Origin: Capsulimonadaceae bacterium
Lineage (GTDB): Bacteria > Armatimonadota > Armatimonadia > Armatimonadales > Capsulimonadaceae
Direction of reading: 5' to 3'
NCBI GenBank assembly: GCA_965215505.1
Contig: OZ244065.1
Span: 160,001 to 224,000, forward strand
DNA length: 64,000 bases
The position numbers and the translations under genes were made by a program. The notes beneath the pieces are model-generated. The model ran no database searches. It was not told where the DNA came from and saw only the letters and a program-made list of their open reading frames with translations. Of the stretch, positions 20,785-30,768 are shown in pieces (position 1 is the stretch's first letter; each line of letters opens with the position of its first letter).

Positions 20785-20824
20785 AAAAGCCCCGCCACCC
20801 TATCGCTAGGGTGGCGGGGCTTTT
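20785..20824. terminator. bidirectional intrinsic terminator
   Basis: AAAAGCCCCGCCACCCTA-loop-TAGGGTGGCGGGGCTTTT between convergent genes. Confidence 0.9.
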
Positions 20825-20838
20825 CTCATGTGTGGTCC

Positions 20839-23800
20839 TCAGTCCAGCGGCTCTGGAGTGCGGGCGGGGTCTGCCGCCGCGCCCGGTTCGGCACCGGGAG
20901 CGCGGCCCCCGCCGCGCGTGCCGGACGGTCCGCCGCTGGGGCCGCTGCTGCCCGAATCGTCCCGGTCCGAGCCGCCGTAGGCCAGCGCCTCCTCGGGGAT
21001 CTGGCGGTGCCAGACGACGCGGCCCAGCCAGTTCGCGAAGTTGTCGAACAGCAGATAGACGCTGGGGATGACCAGAAGAGTCAGGAACGTCGAGACGATG
21101 ACGCCGCCGACGACCGTGACGCCCAGGGGCTGCCGGAAGCCCGCGCCGCGCCCCAGGCCCGCCGCCGTCGGCAACGTCGCGAAGACGATGGCGAACGAGG
21201 TCATCAGGACGGGCCGCAGCCTCGTCGGGGCCGCCTCCAGGATGGCATCAATGCGCTTGTAGCCGCGCGCCCTGAGCGTGTTGGTGTAGTCCACCATCAG
21301 GATGGCGTTCTTGGTGGCGATGCCGTTGAGCATGATGACGCCGATGGCCGTGATCAGCGAGAAGGGCGTCCCCGTCAGCAGCAGGGCGGCCAGCGCGCCG
21401 ACGAGCGCCTGCGGCAAGGTCAGCATGACCGACAGCGGGTAGAGCATGTTGTTGAACAGGGCCGCCATCAGCATGTACGACAGGATGATCCCCAGGAGGA
21501 CCGCCTGGATCAGATATGGGAACTCGTCCGCGCTGGTCTGGGCGTCGCCGCCCCAGGTGTAGGCCACCTGGCCGAGCTTGCCCTGGTCCGCGAACGTCTT
21601 GAGCTGCGGGTCGATGTCCTTGAAGCGGATGTTGTTGATCTGCGTCCCCGGCAGCAGGTAGGCGGTGACGGAAACCTGGCGAAGCCGGTTCAGGCGGTCC
21701 ACGCGGGTCGGGCCGGCCCCGAGTTTAAGGTTGGCGACATCGCCCAGCGGGATCGGGTTGCCGTTCTGGTAGCCGACCGGGATGTTTCCGAGCGTGTAGA
21801 TGCTTTGACGTTCCGATTTCGCCAGGATGACGTCAATGTTGTACTCGTTGGCGTCCTTCGGGTCGCGGTACTGGGCCGTGATGTCGCCCTGGAGCGCGGT
21901 GGAGACGGTGGTGGCGACGTCGTTGACGTTCAGGCCGTACTGCGAGGCGCGCAGCCGGTCCAGGCGGACCTGCACCTCCGGTTGGCTGGCCTTGAACGAG
22001 ATGTCGCTGCCGTAAGTGCCCGGCGTCTTGTCCACGACCCCCTGCACCAGCGAGGCGGCGTGGAGGAGCTGCGAGAAGTCCGTGCCGACCAGGTTGATCG
22101 TCAGCGGGGCACCACCGCCGCCGAAGCCGTTGACCTCGGAGGCCTGGATCTTCAGGCTGCCGCCGTTGCCGGGGATGGTCTTGATGATCTGGCGAATCTT
22201 CTTCGCCACGTCGGCGTCCGACTCGTCGCGCAGCCGGTCAAGGCCGGTCCGCTTGTTCCAGAACGCGATCTTGTCCAGCGGCGCGGCCCGGTCAAACAGC
22301 GAGACCTGGATCTGCGCGAACTGCGTGCCCGTGTCGCCCGCCCCCGCGCCGCCCGACGAGTTGCGCCCGACGGAAGTCAGGAGGTATTTGATGTCGCCGT
22401 CCAGGGCTTTGTCCGCCCGGATGCGCCGCTCGATCTCGTCGGTGACGCCTTTGGTGACGTTCAGCGACGTGCCCGCCGGGGCCTGGACGCTGACGGACAC
22501 CAGGTTCTGGTCCTGGGCCGGCGAGAAGCGGAAGCCCAGCTTGGGGAAGATCACGATGACGGCGACGATCAGGATGACGTTGCCCGCCATCACCACGATC
22601 CACGGGTGGCGGAGGAAGGAACGCAGGATGTTGCGGTAGAAGTTCTCGAAGCGGTGGTAGCCCCGGTCGAAGGCCGCCGCGAAGCCGCGCCGCCCCTCGC
22701 CGGTGCTTTCCAGCGACTCGCCCTTGCGGAACCAGCGGGAGGCCAGCATCGGGGTCAGGGTGAACGAGACGAACAGCGAGATCAGGACGGCGACGGAGAT
22801 GGAGACGCCGAACGACCGGAAGAACTCGCCGATGATGCCGCCCATGAAGGCGATCGGGATGAAGACGACGAGGTCCACGGCGGTCAGCGTCAGGGCCGCC
22901 AGCCCGATCTCGCTCCGGCCCGCGATGGCCGCCTCCTTCGGCTCCTGGCCCATCGCGAGGTGCCGCGAGATGTTCTCGATGACGACGATGGAGTCGTCAA
23001 TCAGGATTCCGATTGCGAGCGACAGGCCGAGCAGCGTCAGCGAGTTCAGGGTGAACCCGAAGGCGGCGATGGGCAGGAACGTCGCGATGATGCACGTCGG
23101 GATTGCGATGGCGACGATGACGGTGGCCCGGAAGTTGTGCAGGAACAGGAAGACGATCAGGGTCGCCAGCAGTGCGCCGATGAACAGCGAGACGACGACG
23201 TCCTTGAGGTTGTCCCGGACGTTTGTCGAGTCGTCGCGCGTGATGACGAAGTTCACGTCGGCCGGGAGGAACTGCTTGACCGCCTTGAGCTGGTCCTTGA
23301 CGCCGTCGGTCGCCTTCAGGGTGTTGCCGTCGCTCGTCTTCTGGATCGTCAGCGTGACCGAGTCCTGCCCGTCCAGCGTACTCTCCACCGTCCTCTCGAT
23401 GGTGGTGTCGGAGACGTCGGCGATGTCGGACAGGCGCACGGACCGGCTGCCGGCCGCCGCCGCCCCGGCGGGGGCCGATGCCCCGCTGGACACGCTGGTC
23501 GTGCCCGCGCCCGGCAGGGTGACGTACAGGTTTTTCAGTTCGTCCACCGAGGCGAACTCGCCGATGAACCGGATGGAGGCGTACTCCTTGTCAGTCTGGA
23601 TGTAGCCGGCCGCGACGTTCTGGTTGGCGTTGTTGATGGCCTGCGAGAGCTGGCCGATGGTGATGCCGTAGGCGGCCAGGCGGTCGGCATGGACCGAAAC
23701 CCGGATCTCGCGCTGCTCGCCGCCGGTGACATTGACGGCGGAAACGTCGGGTGCCTGCTGGAGACGCTCCGAGACGACGTTGTCGGCCAGGACGCGCAGG

Positions 23801-24252
23801 TCGCGCGGGCTGCGGTTGCCCTTCATGGCGATGTACATGACGGGCTGCGAGGAGTTGTCCTGCTTGGCGACGCTGGGGCTTTGGGCGTTGATCGGGAGGC
23901 GCTGCCGCACGGCGTCCACCTTCTGCCGCACGTCCGCCGCCGCCGTGTCCAGGTTCGTCCCGAAGTAGAAGGTGCAGGTGACGACCGAGACGCCCGCCTG
24001 TGAGGTCGAGTTGATCTGCTTGAGACTGCTGACGCCGCTGATGGAGTCTTCAATCGGCTTCGTGATCAGCGTCTCCATCTCCTGCGGGTTGGTCCCGGCA
24101 TAGGTGGTGGTCACCGAGACGACCGGGAAGTCCACCTTCGGGTTCAGTTCGGCGGGCAGCCGCAGGTAGCTGACGATGCCCAGCACCAGGAACGCCGCCA
24201 CCACCATCAAGATCGCGATCGGGCGACTAATCGCCAGTCGTGTTGCACCCAT
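20839..24252 (-). CDS. RND efflux permease (AcrB/MdtB/SwrC family)
   Basis: IGILIDDSIVVIENI, SFTLTPML, KNAILMVD and RLRPVLMT motifs. Confidence 0.96.
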   Translation of the reverse strand: MGATRLAISRPIAILMVVAAFLVLGIVSYLRLPAELNPKVDFPVVSVTTTYAGTNPQEMETLITKPIEDSISGVSSLKQINSTSQAGVSVVTCTFYFGTNLDTAAADVRQKVDAVRQRLPINAQSPSVAKQDNSSQPVMYIAMKGNRSPRDLRVLADNVVSERLQQAPDVSAVNVTGGEQREIRVSVHADRLAAYGITIGQLSQAINNANQNVAAGYIQTDKEYASIRFIGEFASVDELKNLYVTLPGAGTTSVSSGASAPAGAAAAGSRSVRLSDIADVSDTTIERTVESTLDGQDSVTLTIQKTSDGNTLKATDGVKDQLKAVKQFLPADVNFVITRDDSTNVRDNLKDVVVSLFIGALLATLIVFLFLHNFRATVIVAIAIPTCIIATFLPIAAFGFTLNSLTLLGLSLAIGILIDDSIVVIENISRHLAMGQEPKEAAIAGRSEIGLAALTLTAVDLVVFIPIAFMGGIIGEFFRSFGVSISVAVLISLFVSFTLTPMLASRWFRKGESLESTGEGRRGFAAAFDRGYHRFENFYRNILRSFLRHPWIVVMAGNVILIVAVIVIFPKLGFRFSPAQDQNLVSVSVQAPAGTSLNVTKGVTDEIERRIRADKALDGDIKYLLTSVGRNSSGGAGAGDTGTQFAQIQVSLFDRAAPLDKIAFWNKRTGLDRLRDESDADVAKKIRQIIKTIPGNGGSLKIQASEVNGFGGGGAPLTINLVGTDFSQLLHAASLVQGVVDKTPGTYGSDISFKASQPEVQVRLDRLRASQYGLNVNDVATTVSTALQGDITAQYRDPKDANEYNIDVILAKSERQSIYTLGNIPVGYQNGNPIPLGDVANLKLGAGPTRVDRLNRLRQVSVTAYLLPGTQINNIRFKDIDPQLKTFADQGKLGQVAYTWGGDAQTSADEFPYLIQAVLLGIILSYMLMAALFNNMLYPLSVMLTLPQALVGALAALLLTGTPFSLITAIGVIMLNGIATKNAILMVDYTNTLRARGYKRIDAILEAAPTRLRPVLMTSFAIVFATLPTAAGLGRGAGFRQPLGVTVVGGVIVSTFLTLLVIPSVYLLFDNFANWLGRVVWHRQIPEEALAYGGSDRDDSGSSGPSGGPSGTRGGGRAPGAEPGAAADPARTPEPLD

Positions 24253-24310
24253 GATTTACACCTTGTCTACTGTCTGGAACGTAGTTGTTGGACCGGTCCG
24301 CCCCATGCGG

Positions 24311-25927
24311 TTACTGCGCCGCCTGTGCGGTCTGGTGGCCGCGCCCACCGACCGGAGCGCCGTTGGCGTCAACGACCGTCAGCTTGTCGCCTTTTTTCAG
24401 GCCCTGCTGGCCGACGATGACGATGCTCTCGCCGGGCTGGAGGCCGCTCGTGATCTGGGCCTGCTGCTGGTTCTGGATGCCGACCTTGACGGCGCGGGGC
24501 TGGGCGGTGTTGTTCGGGCCGACCACGACCACCTGCTGGGCCGACGTCTGCAAGCCCTGCGATATCGCCGCGTCGCTGCTGTCGTTGGCCTGGAAGCCCT
24601 GCTGGGAGGCCAGCGGCACCAGGGCCACGGACGGCACGACCGGGACGTTTCGGGCGACGCGCGTGATGATCGAGCCGCGCGCGAACATGCCGGGCCGCAG
24701 TTCACCGGGGTTCGCGACCGTCACCCGCAGCGAAAAGACGCGGTTGGTGGCGCTGGCGGCGGGGTAGACTGCGCTGACCTTGCCCGCGTAGCTTTTGCCG
24801 GGCAGGGCGTCCACCTGCACGCTGACCGGGTCGCCGACACTGGTACTGGCAAAGTCGGTTTCCGAAATGGTCGGCTCGTAATAGACCGATCCCAGCCCCA
24901 CGACGCGCATCAGGTTGGTGCCCGGCGAAGCGACCTGGCCCGGCTCCACCTCACGGGCGGCGACGATGCCGTTGATGGGCGACCGGATGAAGGCGTTGGC
25001 GACCTGCTGCTGGTTGAAGGCCAGTGTCGCCTGCTGCTGCTGCACGGCGGCCCGAGCCTGCCGCAAGGCATCCTGTGCGGCCAGGATGTCCTGCTGCCGG
25101 AGCTGGACCTGCTGCTGGTTCGCGATGGCCGTGTTCAGGTTCGCCTGCTGCTGCTGGAGCAGTGCCTGGGCGGCCGCGATGTCCTCCGTCTGGCTGCCCT
25201 CGCGGGTCAGCGAGAGGGACTCCTGCGCGTTCCGGTAGGTCTGGACCTGCACGTCGTAGTTTGTCTGGGCCGTGTCCAGGTCGGACTTTGCGATGGCGCC
25301 CTGCGCGAACAGACTCTTGTTGCGGTTCAGCGTCGTGAGCGCATTGTCCAGGTTGGCCTTGGCGAGCAGCACCTGGCTCTGCCCCTGCAAGACCTGCTGC
25401 GGGCGCGAGCCGCGCTTGACCTTGAGGTAATTCTGGTTGGCGTTGGCGACCTGCGCCCGCGCCTGGGCGACGGCCTGTTTCGCCGTCTGGACCTGGAGCG
25501 TGTAGTTGGTCTGCGCCTGCGACACCTTGGCGATGTTGGAGGAGACGTTCGCCTGGGCCTGGGCGACATTGGCCTGTGCCTGGCGGACGTTCGCCTCCAG
25601 GTCGGTCGCGTCCTGCTGGACGACCACCTGGCCGGCCCGGACGACCTGACCCTCGCGGAAGTTGACGGCGATGACGCGCCCCGCCGCGCGGGCCGAGAGC
25701 TGGACGTCTTGGAGGGCCTGGATGCTGCCCGTGACCGGCACGGTGGCGGAAATTGTGCCGCTCTGCACCGGCACGACCTGAACGGGGATGCTGCCGCCGG
25801 GGTCGCCGACGCCGGGCTTGTGCTGGGCGTCCTGCTTCTTCCCGCAGCCCGCGCCGGCGAGGGTCGCCAGTACGGCTAGGCCGGTCAGCGCCAGGCCGGC
25901 GCGTTTCATCGTCATTTTATTCCTCAA
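24311..25927 (-). CDS. RND periplasmic adaptor (HlyD/MFP) lipoprotein with a long coiled coil
   Basis: Lipobox AGC; lipoyl halves (GRVIAVNFREGQ, IRSPINGIV); LRPGMF motif. Confidence 0.93.
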   Translation of the reverse strand: MRNKMTMKRAGLALTGLAVLATLAGAGCGKKQDAQHKPGVGDPGGSIPVQVVPVQSGTISATVPVTGSIQALQDVQLSARAAGRVIAVNFREGQVVRAGQVVVQQDATDLEANVRQAQANVAQAQANVSSNIAKVSQAQTNYTLQVQTAKQAVAQARAQVANANQNYLKVKRGSRPQQVLQGQSQVLLAKANLDNALTTLNRNKSLFAQGAIAKSDLDTAQTNYDVQVQTYRNAQESLSLTREGSQTEDIAAAQALLQQQQANLNTAIANQQQVQLRQQDILAAQDALRQARAAVQQQQATLAFNQQQVANAFIRSPINGIVAAREVEPGQVASPGTNLMRVVGLGSVYYEPTISETDFASTSVGDPVSVQVDALPGKSYAGKVSAVYPAASATNRVFSLRVTVANPGELRPGMFARGSIITRVARNVPVVPSVALVPLASQQGFQANDSSDAAISQGLQTSAQQVVVVGPNNTAQPRAVKVGIQNQQQAQITSGLQPGESIVIVGQQGLKKGDKLTVVDANGAPVGGRGHQTAQAAQ

Positions 25928-25930
25928 TCT

Positions 25931-27874
25931 TTAGCGCCCCCCCAGGGCGCGCGTGAGCTGCGCCAAAGAGGTCTGATAGTCGTACTGGGCGTTGAGCAGG
26001 TTCAGCCGCGCCTGCGCGAGCTGCGCCTGGGCGTTGATCTCGTCCAGGATCGTGCCGATGCCGTTCTGATAGCGGACTGTGGCGAGACGGTAGGCTTCCT
26101 GCGCCTGGGTCACGCCCAGCCCCGACGAGGCCGCCCGCGTCTGGGCGTCGTTGATGTTGGAGAGGGCCTGGCGCACCTCCACCGAGACGTTCTCGCGGAG
26201 CTGGTCCCGCGTGATCACCTGGGAGCGCAGGTCCGACTCGGCTTCCTTGACCTTCGCCTTCGTCGTGCCGCCGTCGTAGAGGGGGATGCCGAGGACGGCG
26301 GAGAGGCTGAAGGTGTCATGCGGGCCGCTGGCGACGTGGCCGTTGTAGTTGCCGCTGCCGACCACGCTGAGGGAGGGCAGGAGGCCGACGCCGGCCAGGC
26401 GGACGAGCCGCTGCGCGATGACGATGTTGTTGTCGGCCTGGCGCAGCTCGGGACGCCGCACCAGCGCCGTCTGCGTGAGCTGCGGGGTGCTGAAGGTCTG
26501 GGTCAAAGGCGGCGTCGCCGGGTTTTGCAGGGCGATAGGCACGTCCGGCCCCAGCCCCAGCAGGTTGTTGAGGTTGACCTGCGCCAGCGTGAGCGTGTTC
26601 CGGGCGGAGGACAGGAGCTGCTGGGCATTCGAGAGGGTCGTCTGGGCGGTCAGCAGGTCGAACTCGGCCGCCGCGCCAGCCGTGACGCGCGCCTGGGTGA
26701 CGCGCACGCTCTCCGTGTCCGCCGCCACCTGCTGCTCGTAGACGGTGACCTGGTCCTGGTCGCGCAGGACAGTGAAGAACTGATTCTTGACCGACAGGGC
26801 CGTCTCGTTCTGGGTACGGTCCAGGTCCGTGACATAGAAGTCGCGCGTGATGCGCTCGACGTCTTCGGCGACGGGAACGAGGCGGAAGATGTCAATGCCC
26901 TGCGTGACGCTGACGCGGGCACTCTGGTTGTTGTTGTACCCGGAGTTGCCCGTGTTGAACGAGCCGTTGCCCACCGGCTGCCCGGTCCCGGTCCCCGTGG
27001 TCGTCCCCGTCGTGTCGTCGCGCGGGGCAATCCTCGCGCCCGGCTGGCCTGCGCTCCTGCCCGTGGTCGCCGCGGCGAAGTGCTGCATGATAGGCGGGAG
27101 GTCGGCGGGAGCCGCGTCCGCGCTGCGGAGGTTTCCTGTAGCCCCGCCGATCCCCGCCGTCGGGCCGGTCGTGCCGAAAGTGCCGGTACTCGTCGTCCCG
27201 GTCGTTCCCGTTCCCGTTGTTCCCGTCCCCGTCGTCCCCCCGGCCCCGGAGGTGGAACTCGCGGGCGTCGTGGTGGCGCTCCCGGTGGCGCCGGTGCTGC
27301 CCGAGGACGTGCTGATGCCCGACGTCGAGGTGGAGCCGGCCCCGGTCGCCGTCCCGCCGCCGCCGCTGCTGGTGACGCCGGTGGCGTTCCCGCCGCCCGT
27401 GTCTATGATGACCGGGATCTGGCCGCCGCCGGGCAGCGTGCCGGTCGCATTGGTGCCGCCGGCCGCCGTCCCGTAGGTCTTGTTGCCGGAGTAAGTGTCC
27501 ACGACGTTGACGCTGATCTGCGGCAGCCCGCTGGCGTTCGCCTCGTAGATGAGCTGCTGCGCCTTCAGCACTTTCTCGCGGGAGAGCCGGACCGATGAGT
27601 TGTTGTTCAGGGCGATCGCGAGGACTTGATCCAGCGTCAGCGTCCGCACGGGCGCTGCCGGAGGGGCCGCCGGCGCGGCGGTATTGAGCGCAGCGGGATT
27701 GGACGCGGTGGCATTGGGCGCAGGGGGCGTTGGTGCTGCGGCGGGCGGTGTCGTTACGGGCGGTATGCCGGGGATCAGTGGCGCCTGTGCCACCACCGGC
27801 GAAGCCGAAAGTGCCAGGAGGCCGGCAGCGAAGCCGACCGCGTTGCATCGTTTGAGGTGTGTCCGTCGTTTCAA
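25931..27874 (-). CDS. TolC-family outer membrane efflux protein with a Gly/Thr-rich insertion
   Basis: LTLDQVLAIAL, RRPELRQA, IPLYDGG and RYQNG OEP repeats. Confidence 0.9.
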   Translation of the reverse strand: MKRRTHLKRCNAVGFAAGLLALSASPVVAQAPLIPGIPPVTTPPAAAPTPPAPNATASNPAALNTAAPAAPPAAPVRTLTLDQVLAIALNNNSSVRLSREKVLKAQQLIYEANASGLPQISVNVVDTYSGNKTYGTAAGGTNATGTLPGGGQIPVIIDTGGGNATGVTSSGGGGTATGAGSTSTSGISTSSGSTGATGSATTTPASSTSGAGGTTGTGTTGTGTTGTTSTGTFGTTGPTAGIGGATGNLRSADAAPADLPPIMQHFAAATTGRSAGQPGARIAPRDDTTGTTTGTGTGQPVGNGSFNTGNSGYNNNQSARVSVTQGIDIFRLVPVAEDVERITRDFYVTDLDRTQNETALSVKNQFFTVLRDQDQVTVYEQQVAADTESVRVTQARVTAGAAAEFDLLTAQTTLSNAQQLLSSARNTLTLAQVNLNNLLGLGPDVPIALQNPATPPLTQTFSTPQLTQTALVRRPELRQADNNIVIAQRLVRLAGVGLLPSLSVVGSGNYNGHVASGPHDTFSLSAVLGIPLYDGGTTKAKVKEAESDLRSQVITRDQLRENVSVEVRQALSNINDAQTRAASSGLGVTQAQEAYRLATVRYQNGIGTILDEINAQAQLAQARLNLLNAQYDYQTSLAQLTRALGGR

Positions 27875-28152
27875 GAAGCCGCTTCCTCCGCCTTGATGTC
27901 GTTCTGTATCTCGCGCTCCAGGTGCTGCAAGTCGGAAAGCAGCGTCAGCATGAACTCGCGCATCGCGTCTATCTTCACGAGCATCAGCCCCTTCTCATGG
28001 GGGGCACCCATGATCAAGATCTTGTCACCGCTCTCGATGTTGTACTTCTTTCGTGCCTCCACCGGGATCACGATCTGCCCGCGCTCGCCGACCGTGGCCG
28101 CGCCGTAGAAGTGGTCTTTGAGGCAGAAATCTTTGTTATTCGAATTGCTCAC
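27871..28152 (-). CDS. AbrB/MazE/SpoVT-family DNA-binding protein
   Basis: TVGERGQIVIPVEARKKYNIESGDK; likely GTG start at 28152. Confidence 0.88.
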   Translation of the reverse strand: MSNSNNKDFCLKDHFYGAATVGERGQIVIPVEARKKYNIESGDKILIMGAPHEKGLMLVKIDAMREFMLTLLSDLQHLEREIQNDIKAEEAAS

Positions 28153-28235
28153 GGGTATTATCTCTCTTAAACATGAAGGTGGCATGAAGATCGGTCCTCA
28201 ATCATGTAAATCATACATTACATATTAATCAACCC

Positions 28236-28264
28236 ATTATACGGCTCGCCCGCGCGGATGTCAA
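28236..28264 (-). promoter_or_regulatory. consensus sigma70 promoter of the abrB-tolC-hlyD-RND operon, with a downstream inverted-repeat operator
   Basis: TTGACA-N17-TATAAT; ATGTAA-N8-TTACAT palindrome at about 28204-28223. Confidence 0.85.
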
Positions 28265-28881
28265 GCGCCTGCACCCCGCCGCTCGACCGCCCGCAGCAGA
28301 AGTTCCACGATGCTATGAACCCGCTCCGGCACCAGATTTGGTATTTCCAGGTCTTCCTGCCGCAGATTTTTTGGCAAGAAAGCCTCCGTCGCCCCCAGCA
28401 TGGCGTTCGCCGTCTTCTCAGCATCCCCGACTTCAAAGTCACCGCGCTCCATGCCTTCCAGGAGCAGACCCTCCACGATCCGCGTTTCCTGCTCCCGCCA
28501 GAGTCTGCCCTGTTCTATCAAACCCTTCTGCCGCTCGATGGCATCTTTCAGTTCTGCCAGCGGATGTTTTTGCTGACTGAGAGGTTCGAAACGAATCAGT
28601 ATCCGCTGTGTGAGTACGTCACGAAGACGCGCCTCCACCGGCCCTGGTAAAGCAGCGATCCTCCGCTGCTCCTCGACGACCCGCAGATTCGCGCGCGTCA
28701 CCACGGCCAGCGCCACCTCGGCTTTGCCGGGGAAATGCAGGTAGGTCGTGCCGACTCCGATGCCAGCCTCTTCAGCCAGATCGCTCATCGTCATCTTGCC
28801 GTAGCCATAGCGCGTCAGCAGGCGCTCGGCGGCGTCCAGAATGGTTTCACGAACCTCTTGTTTTGTGGTCTCTCTTAACAA
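28261..28881 (-). CDS. TetR/AcrR family regulator (likely TTG start at 28881)
   Basis: ILDAAERLL..GY..MTMSDLAEEAGIGVGTTYLHF. The ORF-track start (28938) lies inside the promoter. Confidence 0.9.
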   Translation of the reverse strand: MLRETTKQEVRETILDAAERLLTRYGYGKMTMSDLAEEAGIGVGTTYLHFPGKAEVALAVVTRANLRVVEEQRRIAALPGPVEARLRDVLTQRILIRFEPLSQQKHPLAELKDAIERQKGLIEQGRLWREQETRIVEGLLLEGMERGDFEVGDAEKTANAMLGATEAFLPKNLRQEDLEIPNLVPERVHSIVELLLRAVERRGAGA

Positions 28882-28893
28882 ATCATCCTGAAC

Positions 28894-28949
28894 ACTGAAT
28901 GTTTCAGTAATATATTCATCATCATACCTAGCATTCAAGCCTGTGTCAA
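28894..28949 (-). promoter_or_regulatory. tetR promoter and palindromic operator
   Basis: TTGACA(28949-28944)-N17-TATGAT(28926-28921); ACTGAA-N3-TTCAGT at 28894-28908. Confidence 0.75.
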
Positions 28950-29037
28950 GGCCTATAGGAAATGGAAATGGGAAGTTTCGGGGAACTCCCTAAACCTGCG
29001 GCGAGTTACACTGGCGTACACGCAGGAGGACGCTCTC

Positions 29038-29832
29038 TTGTTCCGACATCTTCGCGAAGACATCCAGACGATTCTAGAGAAGGACCCCGCCGCCCGCTCG
29101 CTGGCGGAGGTGCTGACGTATGCCGGCTTCTGGGCGCTGTTCCATCACCGGATCGCCCACAGCCTGCACACGCGGGGCTGGTTCCTCCCCGCGCGTGTCG
29201 TTTCCCAGTGGAGCCGCTTCCTCACCAACATCGAGATCCACCCCGGCGCGACCATCGGGCGGCGCTTCTTCATCGACCACGGCGCGGGCGTCGTGATCGG
29301 CGAGACGGCCATCGTCGGCGACGACGTCCTGATGTACCATCAGGTGACGCTGGGGGGGACCTCGCTGGAGAAGACCAAGCGGCACCCGACGGTCTGCAAC
29401 AACGTCCTGCTCGGCATGGGGGCGAAGGTCCTGGGGAATATCACCGTAGGGGAGGGCGCGCGCATCGGCGCGAACGCCGTCGTGACCCGCGACGTGCCCC
29501 CGAACACCAGCGTCGTCGGCGTGCCGGGCCGCATTCTGGTCCAGGACGGCAAGCACATCTCGGAGCGCACGACCGCCCAGGTCATGGACCAGGCTCTGGG
29601 GAACGCCGACCCGATGGGCGAGATCATCCGCCGCTCCCTGCGCGAGATCGAGGACCTCAAGTGCCGCCTGGAATTGGTCGAAGAAGAGCAGCACCCCGAC
29701 CGCATCCTGCGCGCCCTGGACACGGTCTGGGACAAGATCCCCGAGAAGCCGCTTTCCGTCCTGTTCGACGAGATGTGCGCCGACCACTGGGAACCCTGCC
29801 CCGACGAGAACCTGGCCGGCGAAGGCATCTGA
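29038..29832 (+). CDS. cysE: serine O-acetyltransferase
   Basis: KDPAARS, EIHPGATIGRRFFIDHG, VTLGGT, KRHPT and VGVPGR motifs. Confidence 0.96.
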   Translation: MFRHLREDIQTILEKDPAARSLAEVLTYAGFWALFHHRIAHSLHTRGWFLPARVVSQWSRFLTNIEIHPGATIGRRFFIDHGAGVVIGETAIVGDDVLMYHQVTLGGTSLEKTKRHPTVCNNVLLGMGAKVLGNITVGEGARIGANAVVTRDVPPNTSVVGVPGRILVQDGKHISERTTAQVMDQALGNADPMGEIIRRSLREIEDLKCRLELVEEEQHPDRILRALDTVWDKIPEKPLSVLFDEMCADHWEPCPDENLAGEGI

Positions 29833-29845
29833 GGGATACACCCTA

Positions 29846-30754
29846 ATGCGTCTCCCGCGCGCCCTGCCGCCCGGCGGCACCATCGGCGTCGTCAACCCGT
29901 CTAGCCCCGTCGAAACGGAACTGCTCGATGCGGGCATCGCGGCCTTGGAGGCGCGCGGCTTCCGCGTCATCGTCGCGCCCCATGCCCGCGACCGCGACGG
30001 GCACCATGCCGGCTCGCCCGCGGCCCGTGCCGCCGACTTTTCCGACTTCTACGCCGCCCCGGCCATTGATGTCGTGTGGTGCGCGCGGGGCGGTTCCTCC
30101 GCCTGCCGCCTGTGGCCGCTGCTGGATTGGGACGCCCTCGCCGCCCTGCCGCCGAAGATGGTCATCGGCTATTCCGACACCACTTCCCTTCTCCTCCCCC
30201 TGAATCAGCGCATGGGCACGGTCGCCCTGCATGGGCCGCTCGTCTTCGAGCTGGACCGCCTCGCCCCCGATGTGCTGGACTGGCAGCTACGCCTGCTGCA
30301 AGACCCCGCGCCCGCCGGGCCGGTGCCGGGCGCAGCTGCGGACACGCTCGTCCCCGGCATCGCCGAAGGCGCGCTGTGCGGCGGATGCCTCTCGCTCATC
30401 GTCGCAACGCTGGGGACACCCTACCGGATAGACGCGGCGGGAAAGCTGCTGCTGATTGAAGACGTCGGGGAGGCACCGCACCGCATCGAAAGGATGCTGG
30501 CCCAACTGGCCGAGGCGGGCGTTCTGGGCGAGGCGGCCGGCTTCGTCGTCGGCCAGGCGACTGAGGCGGACGACGCGGAAACCCTGCCGCTTCGTCAGAT
30601 CTGGTCCGACCTCCTCGCCCCTTACGGCAAGCCCGCCGTGCTGGGCTTCCCCTCCGGCCACGTCACCCCCAATTACGCCCTCCCGCTCGGCGTCCGCGCC
30701 CGGCTGGACGCCGACGCGGGGACACTGACGCTGCTGGAATCGGCGGTCAGGTAG
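29846..30754 (+). CDS. LD-carboxypeptidase (peptidase S66, LdcA-like)
   Basis: ARGG, GYSD (Ser), IED (Glu) and SGH (His) triad. Confidence 0.93.
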   Translation: MRLPRALPPGGTIGVVNPSSPVETELLDAGIAALEARGFRVIVAPHARDRDGHHAGSPAARAADFSDFYAAPAIDVVWCARGGSSACRLWPLLDWDALAALPPKMVIGYSDTTSLLLPLNQRMGTVALHGPLVFELDRLAPDVLDWQLRLLQDPAPAGPVPGAAADTLVPGIAEGALCGGCLSLIVATLGTPYRIDAAGKLLLIEDVGEAPHRIERMLAQLAEAGVLGEAAGFVVGQATEADDAETLPLRQIWSDLLAPYGKPAVLGFPSGHVTPNYALPLGVRARLDADAGTLTLLESAVR

Positions 30755-30768
30755 GTTAGGATGTTTTC

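Noticed and set aside
20830-24003. 1057-aa plus-strand ORF and other long antisense ORFs (1100-2386, 44233-45780, 52617-55823)
   Set aside because: These are shadow frames of well-supported genes (RND permease, eno, uvrB, P-type ATPase), expected in high-GC DNA, and they show no motifs.
28882-28938. N-terminal extension of TetR in the ORF track
   Set aside because: It covers a consensus promoter and a palindromic operator, so a downstream TTG start is more plausible.
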